Shown here: one piece after another, positions 38,611-50,310 of the stretch
How positions within the stretch are numbered: position 1 is the stretch's first letter
Layout of the letters: every line of letters starts with the position of its first letter
Assembly (NCBI GenBank): GCA_038087875.1
Contig: CM075989.1
Span: 12,836,001 to 12,900,000, forward strand
Origin: Malacoraja senta
Lineage: Eukaryota
Direction of reading: 5' to 3'
Length of the DNA: 64,000 nt
Notes under the pieces: model-generated
Databases searched by the model: none
Told to the model about the DNA's origin: nothing
The model's input: the letters and a program-made list of their open reading frames with translations, nothing else
Translations under genes and position numbers: made by a program

Positions 38611-39715
38611 GTAAGAACCTCTCAGTTTTGTTTGTGCTCCTTTGCCTTTGTCTTTGTCCCTTGCAGTCCCTGTTACTTCTGTGGGGTCAGGGCCAATGGT
38701 GATTAAATCAATGGTCCACGGTTGGATTGGTCACCAGCAACTGTGTTCAATGTTTGGGGCTGGAACTGCTGGTTGGAGAGGATAGAATCTGTTGTTGAGG
38801 GTTGGAGTTGGTGTCAGATGGTGGGGTTAACATGGGGGGCTGCGATCTGGAGCCATGAGGTGTTGGGGCAGGGACTAACTAGTTGAAATATTGCAGTCGG
38901 TATTGGGATGAGATCATTGGTTTAAAAGTTGGGATCTGTTTTGGGATGGGATTACTGTTTGCATATTGGGATGGAATAATTAGTTGGAATGTTGGATCTA
39001 GACTGGGCAGGACCTTTGTTTTGGTACTAAGGGTGGCTTCAGTAACTGGGCTGGAGTCACTGAATGGGGGAGTAGGACTGGTATTTGGAGGTTGTTCAGT
39101 TGTCAAGACGTTGGGGTTGGTAGTCAGAGACTAGAGACTATTGGAGACAGTGGAATAGTACAACTTTTATTATTTCCTTAACTAAACTTGCTGCACGCCA
39201 GGTTTCCGGTACCCCACCCAACCAACCGTACACCCATACATCTAAATGCGCCCTGGGTTCCTCATCTTTATTCCCCAACACAGCACTTTTTCCCAGTTTG
39301 CACTTCCTTGGCTGTCGTTTTGTTCCTCCTCTTCCTAGATGTTTAGTAAATTCTTTCCTCCTTCATCCCGCTGTCAAACCAGTCCAAAACCTCCCCGAGG
39401 GCAGCAACAAAACGTTCACAATCACCGTGGTCCAGCCCAACTAATTCCAATGCCCACCGAATCTAATGTTCTCCCCCAATGGACATTTATAGACATCGCC
39501 ATTGTTGCTGTGTCCTGAGAAGGCTGCATGGCCCATTGAGTCTGCTCCACCCTCAGTCAAGATCATAGAATCATAGCATGGTTACAGCACAGAAGGAGGC
39601 CATTTGATCTGATTTAGTTGGGCCAAAAGGCTTATATATGCCATCTAGTCTGATGTAGGTCGTATGTTTTGGCTCATGGTTTTGTACTATTTTCTTCCGT
39701 TGACATTTGGTGCAG

Positions 39716-39873
39716 GTACCACAATGCTTCTTTGTTGGATGCGAGGACAGCAGGATCTGGCAGCGTGCTGGTGTTACACCAGTTGCAGCCACAGCAGGCT
39801 GGGCAATACATGTGTCATGCCAGCAACGCGCTGGGCTCCATCAAATCCAAGCCCGCTACACTCACAGTAACAG
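39716..39873 (+). CDS. CILP: CILP exon, Ig-like domain C-half
   Basis: tgcag|G TAC CAC AAT...ACA G|gtcagt, 158 nt: YHNASLLD...QAGQYMCHASNALGSIKSKPATLTVT. Confidence 0.95.
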
Positions 39874-41648
39874 GTCAGTCCTCTCTTCACTACACCAGGG
39901 CCAACAGTCAAGGAAATAATCAGACTGAGGAAGTTCAAACTCGTGTGCAGGTGGGGTACGTTTAAGTACGACTACATCTCCAGCGCATTCCACCACTCCA
40001 GGTCTCCTACAGTGATCAGTAGTCAATGTTGTACCATAATTTACAATTGGAAACAGTTCAGACGTTGAGGCTTAGATGTTGACCCAGAGTGGATGGAGGA
40101 ACTCTGAACTAGTCCGAAGAAATATTTTCCATCCATATGACAATTTAGCTCCACCTAGTGCTGACACAGCACCTCCTCAGTGGAGTAGACACAAAATGCT
40201 GGAGTAACTCAGTGGGACAGGCAGCATCTCTGGGGGAAAAGGAATGGGTGACATTTCTGATTGAGACCCGACCCGAAACTCTCTTGACCAGAAACATCAC
40301 CCATTCCTTCTCTCCAGAGATGCTGCCTGGCCCGCTGAGTTACTCCAGCATTTTGTGTCTATCTTTGGCGTTTGTCTTGGATTGGATTGGGGAAAAAAAA
40401 AAAAAAAAAGCGTTCGGCACGGACTTGAAGGGCCGAGATGGCCTGTTTCCGTGCTGTTATAGTGATATGGTTATATGATTGTGTGACCACATGCAGAGTA
40501 TGTCCAGATGCCTTGCCTGTATATGTTCCAGTGGGATTACTCCCCGAAATTTCCTTGAACGTACATTCCTTCCAGGGGATTGGAATGGGGTTTTCCTGGA
40601 TTGAACAAAGGTTCCATTGAGTGACATTTAGTCTTTGTATAAACCAGTCTTGAGATAAAGACATCCTGCAGCATTTGAGGCTTTAACTGACACTACATTT
40701 TTGTGCATTTTCTCCACATTTAATAGGACTTGCCTTTTCCTTTTAAATAAACATTTCCAGAGCATCTTCGGGCTTTCCTTGGTTTTACTTGTCGCTGTTA
40801 TTTCAGGCACTCTCTTTGTTTTCCTAATTCAATCCTGCACCTTCTAAACTCCTCCAGCAATTTTGAAATGCAAAGCTCTAACAGGTCTGCATTACTCAAC
40901 ATCCATCAGGAGCCAGAAATATCTTTGCAGGAATATACTTTATTTCTCAAGGTGTGAGGGTTGTTGGCAAGGCAGCATTGAATCTCGTCACTTAACATCT
41001 TTGAGATGGTGGTCATGAGCGGCTTTCCTGAACTTCTGCATCCGCATGATGTGCTCCCACTGGGCTGCTTGGGAGGGTGATCCAGTACTTAGACCCAGTG
41101 ACGGAACGATAATAAATACAGTCAGGGTGTGACTTTGGGGCAACCTATGAAGGTGCTGTTTCCTTGCAGTCTAAAAACTGCATATCCCATCCTTCAAGTC
41201 TTGGATGCTATTTACCTTTGAGTAACTGGTTCTAGTCCACTTCTGAGAAACCATTCCTCACCTTGTCATGTTCACTGCTTACAAAGTGCTCCGTCAATAA
41301 AGTCAGTGCCATCTCCTTTCTCAGGCTTGCTATGTTCTGATGTAAAAAGTTCATGCACTTCAATAATTCTGCGTCTTCTCATACAATATGGCTGGATTCT
41401 ATTTAAAACCGGCACGGGTCTCTTTGTGAAGATACTCTCGCTACCCAGAGTCACGCAGCTACAGATACCCCTGGCTCTCCCTCGCTGGGCAGGTCTGGTT
41501 TGATGGGTGGTTCTGACATTTTCTGCTTTTGCCACCGGATTGTACTTGCATTTTGCTTCCAACAGAACTCACAATTCTTTTGTTCTTTAACAGGACATGT
41601 GTGCGTGCCTGTGTGTGTATAGATGAAGATCTGTTCTTGTTTCCACAG

Positions 41649-44020
41649 TGCGGACCGCTCCTTCGTGTAACCCGACTCCTCAGAGCTACTTCATACGACT
41701 TCCTTCCGACTGTTATCAAAACCTGAGCCAGTCTTTTTACTACGATGTGGGTAAATGTCCAGTAACTGCATGCGCCAGCATTCAAGAACCAGAGGGGCAG
41801 TGCAGAGATGCCACAACCTATTGCTGTGGAGCTGTGAAACTAGAAGACAGGGTGATTTCCTGCTCCATGTACACACTTCCCATTCGAGTGGTGAATAAAT
41901 GTGGATGCCAGAGATGCGTCGATAGCAAAGCAATTGTCCGCGGCCGTGCAGTGGCTGCCGACGATGGGGAACCCATGCGATTTGGACTGATTTTTATGGG
42001 TGGAAAAAAAATCAGCATGACTGGGTACAAAGGCACCTTCTCGATTATGGTTCCTGCAGACATTGACAGGTTAGTCCTCACTTTTGTGGATCGCTATCAG
42101 AAGTTTGTTAATACCACAAAGGTACTTCCCTTTAACAGAAAAGGAGGTTCCGTGTTTCACGAGGTTAAACTCCTCCGGAAGAAGCCAGAGATAATGTTGG
42201 ATTGTTCCATCAGCAACACCATCAGCCTCGGGTCAAAGGAAAACCAAGACCCAGTAGCTGAACTGGAGATCCCACCCAACTCTTTCTACAGGGAGAATGG
42301 GGAAATATACAGAGGGTTGGTGAAAGCCAGTGTCACCTTCCTGGATCCAAGGGATATCTCATTGGCCTCAGCAGCACAAAGTGATCTCAACTTTATTGAC
42401 GAAGAAGGTGATGTTCTACCTTTGAGGACATACGGCATGTTTTCTCTGGATTTTAGAGATGAAGTAGCAAACGATAGACTCAATGCAGGACAGGTGAAGC
42501 TATTTTTTGACACTGCCCAAGTCAATATACCAGAACACTTGGAGCAAATGAAGCTGTGGTCACTCAATCCTGAAACTGGCTTCTGGGAAGAAGAAGGTTC
42601 CTTCACTTTTGTTAGAAGTCGTCGAGGTAAACGTGAAGAGCGAACCTTCCTGGTGGGCAACATGGAGATTCGGGAGAGAAGGCTTTTTAACCTGGATGTC
42701 CCAGAAAGCAGAAGGTGCTATGTGAAAGTCCGATCCTTTCGAGGTGATCGGTTTACATCTGGAGATCAGTTAGAGGGAGTGGTTGTATCTCTCATTAACC
42801 TGGAGCCCACGCCAGGATTTGCCTCCAACCCCCGGGCATGGGGTCGCTTTGATAGCGCAGTTACTGGTGCCTATGGGGCTTGTGTGCCCGCTTTCTGTGA
42901 TGACCAACAACCACACGCTTACTCTGCTTATGTGACGGCGACCCTTGGAGGAGAGGAGTTGGAGGCTGTGGCTTCCTCCCCCACTGTGAATTCCAACACA
43001 GTGGGTGTTCAAGAACCTTTTCTGCACAAGCTCCAGTACAGGAGGTCAGATCATGAGGATCCCAGAGATAAAAAGACAGCTTTCAGGATAAATGTGGCCA
43101 AACCCAATGCCAATTTACCAGCGGAAATAAATGGTCCCATTTATCCATATGAGAAATTAAGAGAGTGTGAAACGGCACCTTTTAGTGCCGGCCATTTCCG
43201 ATTTTACAGAGTAGAGGGGGACAGATACGACTACAACACCGTAGCTTTCAATGAAAATGACCCAATGAGTTGGACAGAAGACTACCTCGCTTGGTGGCCG
43301 CGGCCAATGGAATTCCGGGCTTGTTATATAAAGTTGAAGCTGAGTGGAACGCATGAAATTACAGTGAGATCTCGAAACATGGGAGGAACTCACCCTCGGA
43401 CAGTGGGTCAGTTGTACGGGCTCCGGGATGTGCGGAGTACCCGTGATATGACCCAGCCTGGCGTTTCTGCTGTTTGTCTGGAGTTCAAATGCAGTGGCAT
43501 GCTCTACGACCAAGAGAGGGTTGACCGCACACTGGTGAAGATCATCCCTCAAGGTCACTGCCGCATGGAAAATATAAACAGCATGTTACGGGAATACCTG
43601 GTCAACCATCTGCCTCTCGCCGTCAACAATGACACCAGTGAGTTTACCATGTTGGCTCCACTTGATCCTCTTGGCCACAATTACGGCATCTACACGGTGA
43701 CTGACCAGGATCCAGTCATAGCCAAAGAGATGGCACTGGGGAGATGTTTCGATGGAAGTTCAGACAGTGTCTCGAGAGTCATGAAGTCTAATGTAGGCGT
43801 GGCATTGACCTTCAATTGTGAGGACAAGCCGGTGGGTCACCAGAATGTCTTCCAGACCCTGCAGAACTTCCCAGGACAGCAGCCTGTATATAATCAGAGG
43901 ATGGGGAGAGGTAAGCGAGGCCGGGGAAAGGGCGTTAAACTGCGAGGACTTCGCCTGGACAAAAAACTGAGAAGACAGAGAGAGGTACCCAGAAGGAAGG
44001 CATTACAGCCTGTTGTTTAG
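41649..44020 (+). CDS. CILP: CILP large terminal exon (furin site RRGKR at 42620-42634 and C-terminal C2 polypeptide)
   Basis: ttccacag|TG, about 790 codons to TAG. Hallmark CILP motifs LRTYGMFSLDF, LWSLNPETGFWEEEG, KREERTFLVGNMEIRERRLFNLDVPESRRC, DPLGHNYGIYTV. The seven core exons sum to 3477 nt (in frame). VPESRR motif and MTFMT linkage favour CILP1 over CILP2. Confidence 0.97.
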
Positions 44021-44303
44021 TGACATGGTCAAACCAGCACTTTGCTCCAAACTGCATCGTTTTACAGGGTCAAGCCTTCCTTAAGGAAATTAGTTCCAAA
44101 TATTCTATGAACTGTGATATCAATTCTCTATTCTATTTATTTCTGATACTGTTTCAAAACTGTGATTTCCAGTTTGCATCAGGTGCTGGAACTGGCATTC
44201 AACAGCTTTCTCCAATTGCCAGCTGGATCTTACTACAACCTTTGATATAATGATTGCATACTCTGCTTGTAGTTAGTATTATGGAATACATGATGTTTGT
44301 AAA

Positions 44304-44309
44304 AATAAA
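44304..44309 (+). terminator. CILP: Probable CILP polyadenylation signal
   Basis: First AATAAA about 285 nt after the stop, followed by T-rich sequence. Confidence 0.7.
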
Positions 44310-46665
44310 TGGCTCACATTTTACATCTGCTTTGTTCTGCTACATGTGATTCTGCTCACTAACAGCCTGTAATCCTGAAGGACTGCAGTGCTGGGGGGGG
44401 TTGCATGGGTTGGGGGATGGGATTTCTTGCAGCTGAGCAAAGCTCAGGGAGATGTTCAAAACCATGTGCAGTTTGATACTATAAGGTGAACCTGTCACGG
44501 TGGTAAGGAAACTTTGTCCTTAACTTTGTAATTTACAACAAGACAGGCAACTGGAAACCTTCACTGCAAACTCTACTTTCTATAAATGCTAACACTACAC
44601 TAAATTGTTACAGAACACTTTACTCGTTTCAAATATTTTAAATTTCCTAACTTTGCTGAGTTGTTGCCTACAAACATTCCACGTGCGATCTTGGTCAACT
44701 GACTACCCATCATCTTGCTTCCACTTATCACTACTTACTTAGATTGCAGTATCTGCACGACCTTGTACGTTAACATACCAATAAAATTAGTTATATGTAA
44801 TTCCCCGTGGTAATCAGACACCATCTCTTCAGAACAGTCTGTCAGTTTCACTGTACTCTATTTGAAACTGCATTCCTAAATTTGTAAATTCTAACCCTTC
44901 CCATTACCCTGCTTATCACTACCAATATGGGGTCAAGGAAAGAGCGTTCACGCGCGGCCCTGTTTCCACCAATCTTTCCACCACCACGCACAAGAAGAAC
45001 AAGAAGCGACAAGACAGACACCATTGTATGCAGATGCCGAGAAGTGTGTTCAGCTCTGGCTGAACAACTTCTAATCTTGTGTGTGGACTCGATAAGAAGA
45101 AGACTACCAATATCTCTCTCTACATGCACAATTAACGTGTCTTTGGGAAACAGAGGCTGCAGTAGCGTCACTTGGCCTCTTCAGGATACCCTGCCATTCA
45201 GTTCACTAATGACTGATTCACCCCAGCGCATGCTCCTGTATTTAAATTATAACTAAGATTTAAATCTGAAATCTAAAGCATGTTTGCTTTAGGTACAATT
45301 TCAGAAAGATGTCTTTACCTTTTCACTCAAATCGACTTAGTATTGATGACAACATTTATACTTTCCTAATTACTCATTGTCCTTGCATGTTATCTTTCGC
45401 CGGTTCATGAGCCAGGAGACCCAGTTCCCTCTGAACACCAACATCTTTTTCAATCTCGCATTTGAAATAAATGCGCTTTTCTATTTTTTCACAAAAATGA
45501 AAAACTACCCATTTTTCCACATTATATTCTATCTGTCATTCACTTTTCCTGTTTATAACTTCAAAGTTTCTCCTGACAATTCATATAGGCCATCCTGTTT
45601 TGTGTCATCAGCAACTTAACTACCTGCACTTGGTCCCCACATCCAAATTATCGATATAGATTGGAACTGCTGGAGGTCCAGTATCGATCTTTCTTGCAAA
45701 TGTGTCACAACCTCCAGTCCAAAACTCAGCTAATTCTTTCTATTCTGTTAACCAATCCTCAAATCACATGGCATATTACCCAATAACATGGACTCTAATG
45801 CATTTAATATCCTGTGTGCCACTTTATCAACTCACGTCTGAAAGTTTTAGTGCTCACGTGTACAGATCCCCCTCATCTTATCTGCCAGTTAGAACTTAAA
45901 AACAAGATTGTCAATGTTGATTTATTTCATCGACCAATTTTGTCTGTCTCAACTCAGTATTATTTTCAAAGTATTCTTTACTACTTCCTTGTTAAAAGAT
46001 TCAAGCATTTTCTCAGTTCTGTTATCATAACTAGTCTGTCATATATGTGTTTTCTCTCTCCCCTCTTTCTTAAAAACTGTGGTTATATTTTCTATCTTCT
46101 GATCTGTGTGAACAGTTATATAATTTGCAATTTTGAAAGGTGACCAGTGGTGCATCCACTATTGCCATAGCCACTCTTTCAAAACCTTGGGATGGAAAAC
46201 ATCAGGTCCCAAAGATTTATTGGCTTTTTATTCTAGGAATTACCTTTTGTTTTAAAGCTAATTATTCCAGCTCCTTCCTTGCTTCAGACGTGTTTGCTAC
46301 CTCTCGGAGATTTTGCACCTTCATGCCAACCATCAAGCACCATCTACATTGATCCCGTTTACCTACACTTGAAGATCCAATGCTTGTCTGGATACTTCTC
46401 AGACAGTGAGAGAGTCTCTGCCTCCACCACCCAGTTAGGCAGTGCATTCCAAACTACCTCTGGGTGAAAACCCCCCCCCTCTTCTTCAGATTCCCCTTAA
46501 ACCTACGCCCTGTCGTTTTAGACATCTCTGCTGTGGGGAAAAGTTTCCTGCTGTCCCCTTGTTTCCAAACGGTCCAATCCAGGCAACATCCTGATGAATC
46601 TCCAGTGCATCTCTCCTGATTTCTGTCACAGGCAAATTTCTATCCAAGCTTAAGACATCAGTATT

Positions 46666-46806
46666 CTTCTTCTTCTTGCGTATGGCGTGCACAGCCTAAA
46701 GTTGTAGGACAACTTGTTCTATTTGATCTTACTTGATTGTGCACACCAGGTTGATTGCATTCGTCGAAACAGGGTGGACCATGTGAAGGTTGCAATCTCC
46801 CACCCC
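46666..46806 (-). mobile_element. 141-bp short retroposon (Vingi/RTE-type non-autonomous element) with (GAA)n tail and 13-bp TSD
   Basis: Flanked by AGACATCAGTATT at 46653-46665 and 46807-46819. Minus strand reads GGGGTGGG...GCCATACGCAAGAAGAAGAAG. Confidence 0.9.
46753..46806 (-). ncRNA. Minimal HDV-like self-cleaving ribozyme fold
   Basis: P1 GGGGUGG/CCACCCU (G1-U wobble), J1/2 GA, P2 GAUUGCA/UGCAAUC, P3 ACC/GGU, L3 UUCACAU, G for P1.1, vestigial P4, J4/2 CGAA. Confidence 0.82.
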
Positions 46807-47120
46807 AGACATCAGTATTGATGCCAAGCCTATTAAGTGTATATTATCAAAAACTTTTGAAAATCTATAAATAACAGTGACCAGATTTCCGTTCTTGACC
46901 CTTTCTCCCTCACGTCATCGAAAACCTCACGAAACTGGTGAATTATCTTTACTGCTACACGGATTTCCCAGGCAGCCCTCCAACCCACCACCATTAGCCA
47001 GTGACAGGCTTTACCCCCAAGGTGTAATCTGCACATTCATCGCAAGGCTCAATAATGTGAAAATAATTGAACTTTAATTACAGAATCACTTACATCTTTA
47101 TGATCAAGTCACAATCCAGT

Positions 47121-47288
47121 TTATTTCGACATTTTATTGATCCTTGTTTTAGGTGTGTATGTTTGAAACCTGGCTACATTTTGATGAGCTGGGCTCCTTT
47201 GATAGTATGGATGGAGGTATCCATTATAAAAATCTGCAGCCGAGAGCAGCTTCTTCAATACCACTCGCTTGAAGCCAGTCCAGCCATT
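47121..47288 (-). CDS. MTFMT: MTFMT exon 9 (last)
   Basis: ctctag|AAT GGC TGG...: [28 protein letters not shown]...KMSK*. Confidence 0.93.
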   Translation of the reverse strand, partial: NGWTGFKRVVLKKLLSAADFYNGYLHPYYQRSPAHQNVARFQTYTPKTRINKMSK

Positions 47289-48644
47289 CTAGAGAGAAAC
47301 ACGGGTGAAACATTAGTTAAGAGTTCATGTGCACAAGCTGTAGAGTTGATCTTCTCTGCCAATCCTCTTAGGTATGCAAGAACAAAATCAAATGAGTATC
47401 ATAAATTGCATTCAATATCAACATCATAGTGCCAGAGATAATAAATGTATATTTCAACTTCCCAATAATATTATCTCGCCATAGGAGTCTGATAACGAGA
47501 TCTCACCATCATGTGATACAGCACAGAAACAACCTCATTGACCCATGCCAACATTTTTGTCCATCTACACTACTCCCATTTGCCCCATTAGGTCTGTGTA
47601 TCTATGTAAATATCTGTTTAAATGCCTCTTTAACTTAGTGATTCCACCAGCTCTTCTGGCAACAAATTCCAGATGTCAACCACTATCTGAAAGAAGGATT
47701 TACCCCTCAGATCACCTATAAAACACATTCCACTCAACTTAAACCTATGGCCCCCTGTTTTTGATATATACTATGGGGGAAATATTCTGGCGGTCTACCA
47801 TATCTATGCCTCTCAAAATGTTAAATGCTTCTATCAGGTAACCCATTGGCCTCCTTCAATCCAAGGAAAACATCAAATTTCTCTCCCTATCTCGTCTTTC
47901 ATCTGGCACCATCCTTGTAAATCTCCTCTGCACGCTCTCCAGTGCAGTCACATCCATCCTGCAGTGCGGCAACCAGAACCATATACAACATTGCAAGTGC
48001 AATCCAGCCAGCATTTCGCAGAGTTGTTACAAAACCTACTGACCCTTATACTCAGTGTCCTGACGTATGAATCCATGCGTGCCTGCTTCACCATCCTATC
48101 CCTCTGCGTTGCCACTTTGAAGGGACAATAGATCGCTCGGTCTGTTCATCACATTCCTTGGCACCCTACCATTTACTGTATATGTTCTACCCCTATTTGA
48201 CCTCAAAATGCATCATGTAGATAGTTCCTGTCATTACCGAGGTCTCACTTGCTCGTTACCACAGTAACAGTCAGCTCGTCTGCTTGCTAATGAGGCCACA
48301 AATCCCATTGTTTAAGACCAAGGTCGCAGAAGTAATAAATCGGAAGGAACAAGACAGTGGCTATCCGGCAGGAGTGAGATAAGAGACAAAGGGTCCACTC
48401 CAAGACAAGTCTCTTCTCATTCCTACCAGATGGTATGGAAGTACACACATAGCAGCAGATGTCTGCTATTTTACTTAATACTCACGTGATTGTTAGTCGT
48501 TTAGCAGCACACTCATGTTATTATTAGTCATTGAATTAAATCATTTATTCAATATCCTTTGGTAAATAAGTTACTTATTTCTACTTTTGTATCTTTGTAT
48601 TCGTAGTAATTCATTTGTATCTTTGTATTCTTAGTGATTCAAAC

Positions 48645-48683
48645 CAAAGATACTAGAGTACTAGAGCTCCTCTAGTATCTTTG
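48645..48683. mobile_element. 39-bp palindromic micro-MITE with 8-bp TSD (ATTCAAAC)
   Basis: attcaaac|CAAAGATACTAGAG-tactagagctc-CTCTAGTATCTTTG|attcaaac. Confidence 0.85.
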
Positions 48684-48712
48684 ATTCAAACTATAAACTG
48701 GTATGTAACCTT

Positions 48713-49149
48713 TGTAACCGTGTGGCAGCTGGGAGATAAGGGTAGCAAAATAGAGGGTGATAAATGAGCTAGAGTGACAGCTGGGAGATAAGGTTGGCAA
48801 AATAGAGGGTTACAGATGAGTGAGAACAGACCAAGACAGTAAATAAGGGTAGCGAAAGAAGAGGAGATATGGGAAGAGATATAAGAATTGAGATAAGACT
48901 GAACCAACATCGGAAGTTAATGGTGGCAGGGCAGAGAGTGTCAGTATAGAAGAGTTTGTGTATGCAAGATGTAGAAGAGATATGACTAAAAACCTGTAAT
49001 AAAAAGGAGCTGGCCGCTGCAGTGTGTGAGCAGTCAGGCGGTTGTCTTCCCGAGTGTTCCAGCCGTTGTTTGCAAATAAAGGCTTTTCGACTTCTCGAAG
49101 AATTCTCCGTGTCTGTGTCATCTTATCCAACTCTGAGTTTCGGTAACCA
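48713..49149 (+). mobile_element. Possible solo LTR
   Basis: Starts TGTAACCG, ends CGGTAACCA, has an internal direct repeat (cagctgggagataagg...caaaatagagggt) and AATAAA near the 3' end. No TSD confirmed. Confidence 0.4.
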
Positions 49150-50233
49150 TGATAATGGCCACTGTCTTGTTGCTTCAGATTTATTACTTCCGAGACCTTG
49201 GTCTTAAACATGCCAGACTTCCAATTTTTGGCTGTTGTTTAGTGAATCTGAGAGAGGTTACAATGCAGTATTGACTCTATTCTAATATTGAATGTTCATC
49301 GGCTGGTTACTCACTCCTTAACATTCACTTCTTCCATGCAGTCATTAGCAATCTTGATATTTTTTCCTATCATCATTCTTGAATCCCTGGATTTAAAACA
49401 CCGCGGAGCCTGGGATCTGAGATCGCCAGAGTCGGAGCTCCAACCAGCGCGGCCTGAGAACTTCGGGAGCTGCGGTCTCCAGGGAGGAAGCGGCCGCTCC
49501 AGACATTCCAAGCCGCTGAGGAGTGTTCACCCGACGCCGGAGTTCCATCTTCCCGGCAAGAGGAAACATCGGACTGCCGTAGCGTCAACTGTGGAGGCCA
49601 CAATAGGCCTGACTATGGGTGAACAGGGGACGGGACTGGACTTTGCTGCCTCCCCCCACAGTGGGAACCATTGTGGGGGGATGTTTTTATGTTTATTGTT
49701 AAATTCTTTAATGTTGTGTCTTAACTTTATTCGTGTGCTGCAATGGCAAGTCAAATTTCACTACACCAATTGGTGTATGTGATAATAAATGTCCTTTGTA
49801 TCCTTTGAAGATCCTCACAGACCTTTAACCATGTGGCACCCACCAGGTCTATTCAGGCTGTAAACAATGTAATTCTTCTATTCTGTGATGGCTATTTTAA
49901 TCCTTTGACTAACGCACACACATTCCTGGGTCCATTAATTCACCTTTCACCTCCCCCCCCCCCCCCCCCCCCCAACACACACACCTCCAGCCCTTACTTC
50001 ACTCTGGCCGATTCTTCACAGAATTACAAATCCCCTTGTGGGGTCACAGAAAAATGGAATGAGCTAAGCAGACACAGGAACCGTCTGCAGAATGGAATTA
50101 GAAAGGGATAGGCAACTCACTTCAGAGCCTGTGAACTGTACCGCTGCAAACATGGTTGTTAACAAAGTAAAGGAAAATTCAGACACCTTCAGATGCACCG
50201 AAATTAAGACGGAATGCAATGTCAAAATGTTAC

Positions 50234-50310
50234 CTTGCAGCGTATCAGAAGAATATTCGATTCCTTATGGAAGTGGGCAGTTCCAGGGATTAACTGTTCC
50301 TGTGTGGCTG
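50234..50310 (-). CDS. MTFMT: MTFMT exon 8
   Basis: ttctgcag|CA...AAG|gtaaca, 77 nt: ATQEQLIPGTAHFHKESNILLIRCK. NAGNAG acceptor. Confidence 0.9.

Noticed and set aside
41648..41650. ORF-track start of the 790-aa CILP ORF
   Set aside because: It is a GTG spanning the splice acceptor, not an initiation codon; the exon starts at 41649.
44484..45250. Possible solo LTR and gag-like stretch downstream of CILP
   Set aside because: Only TG start and AATAAA seen; no paired LTR, PBS or coding motif.
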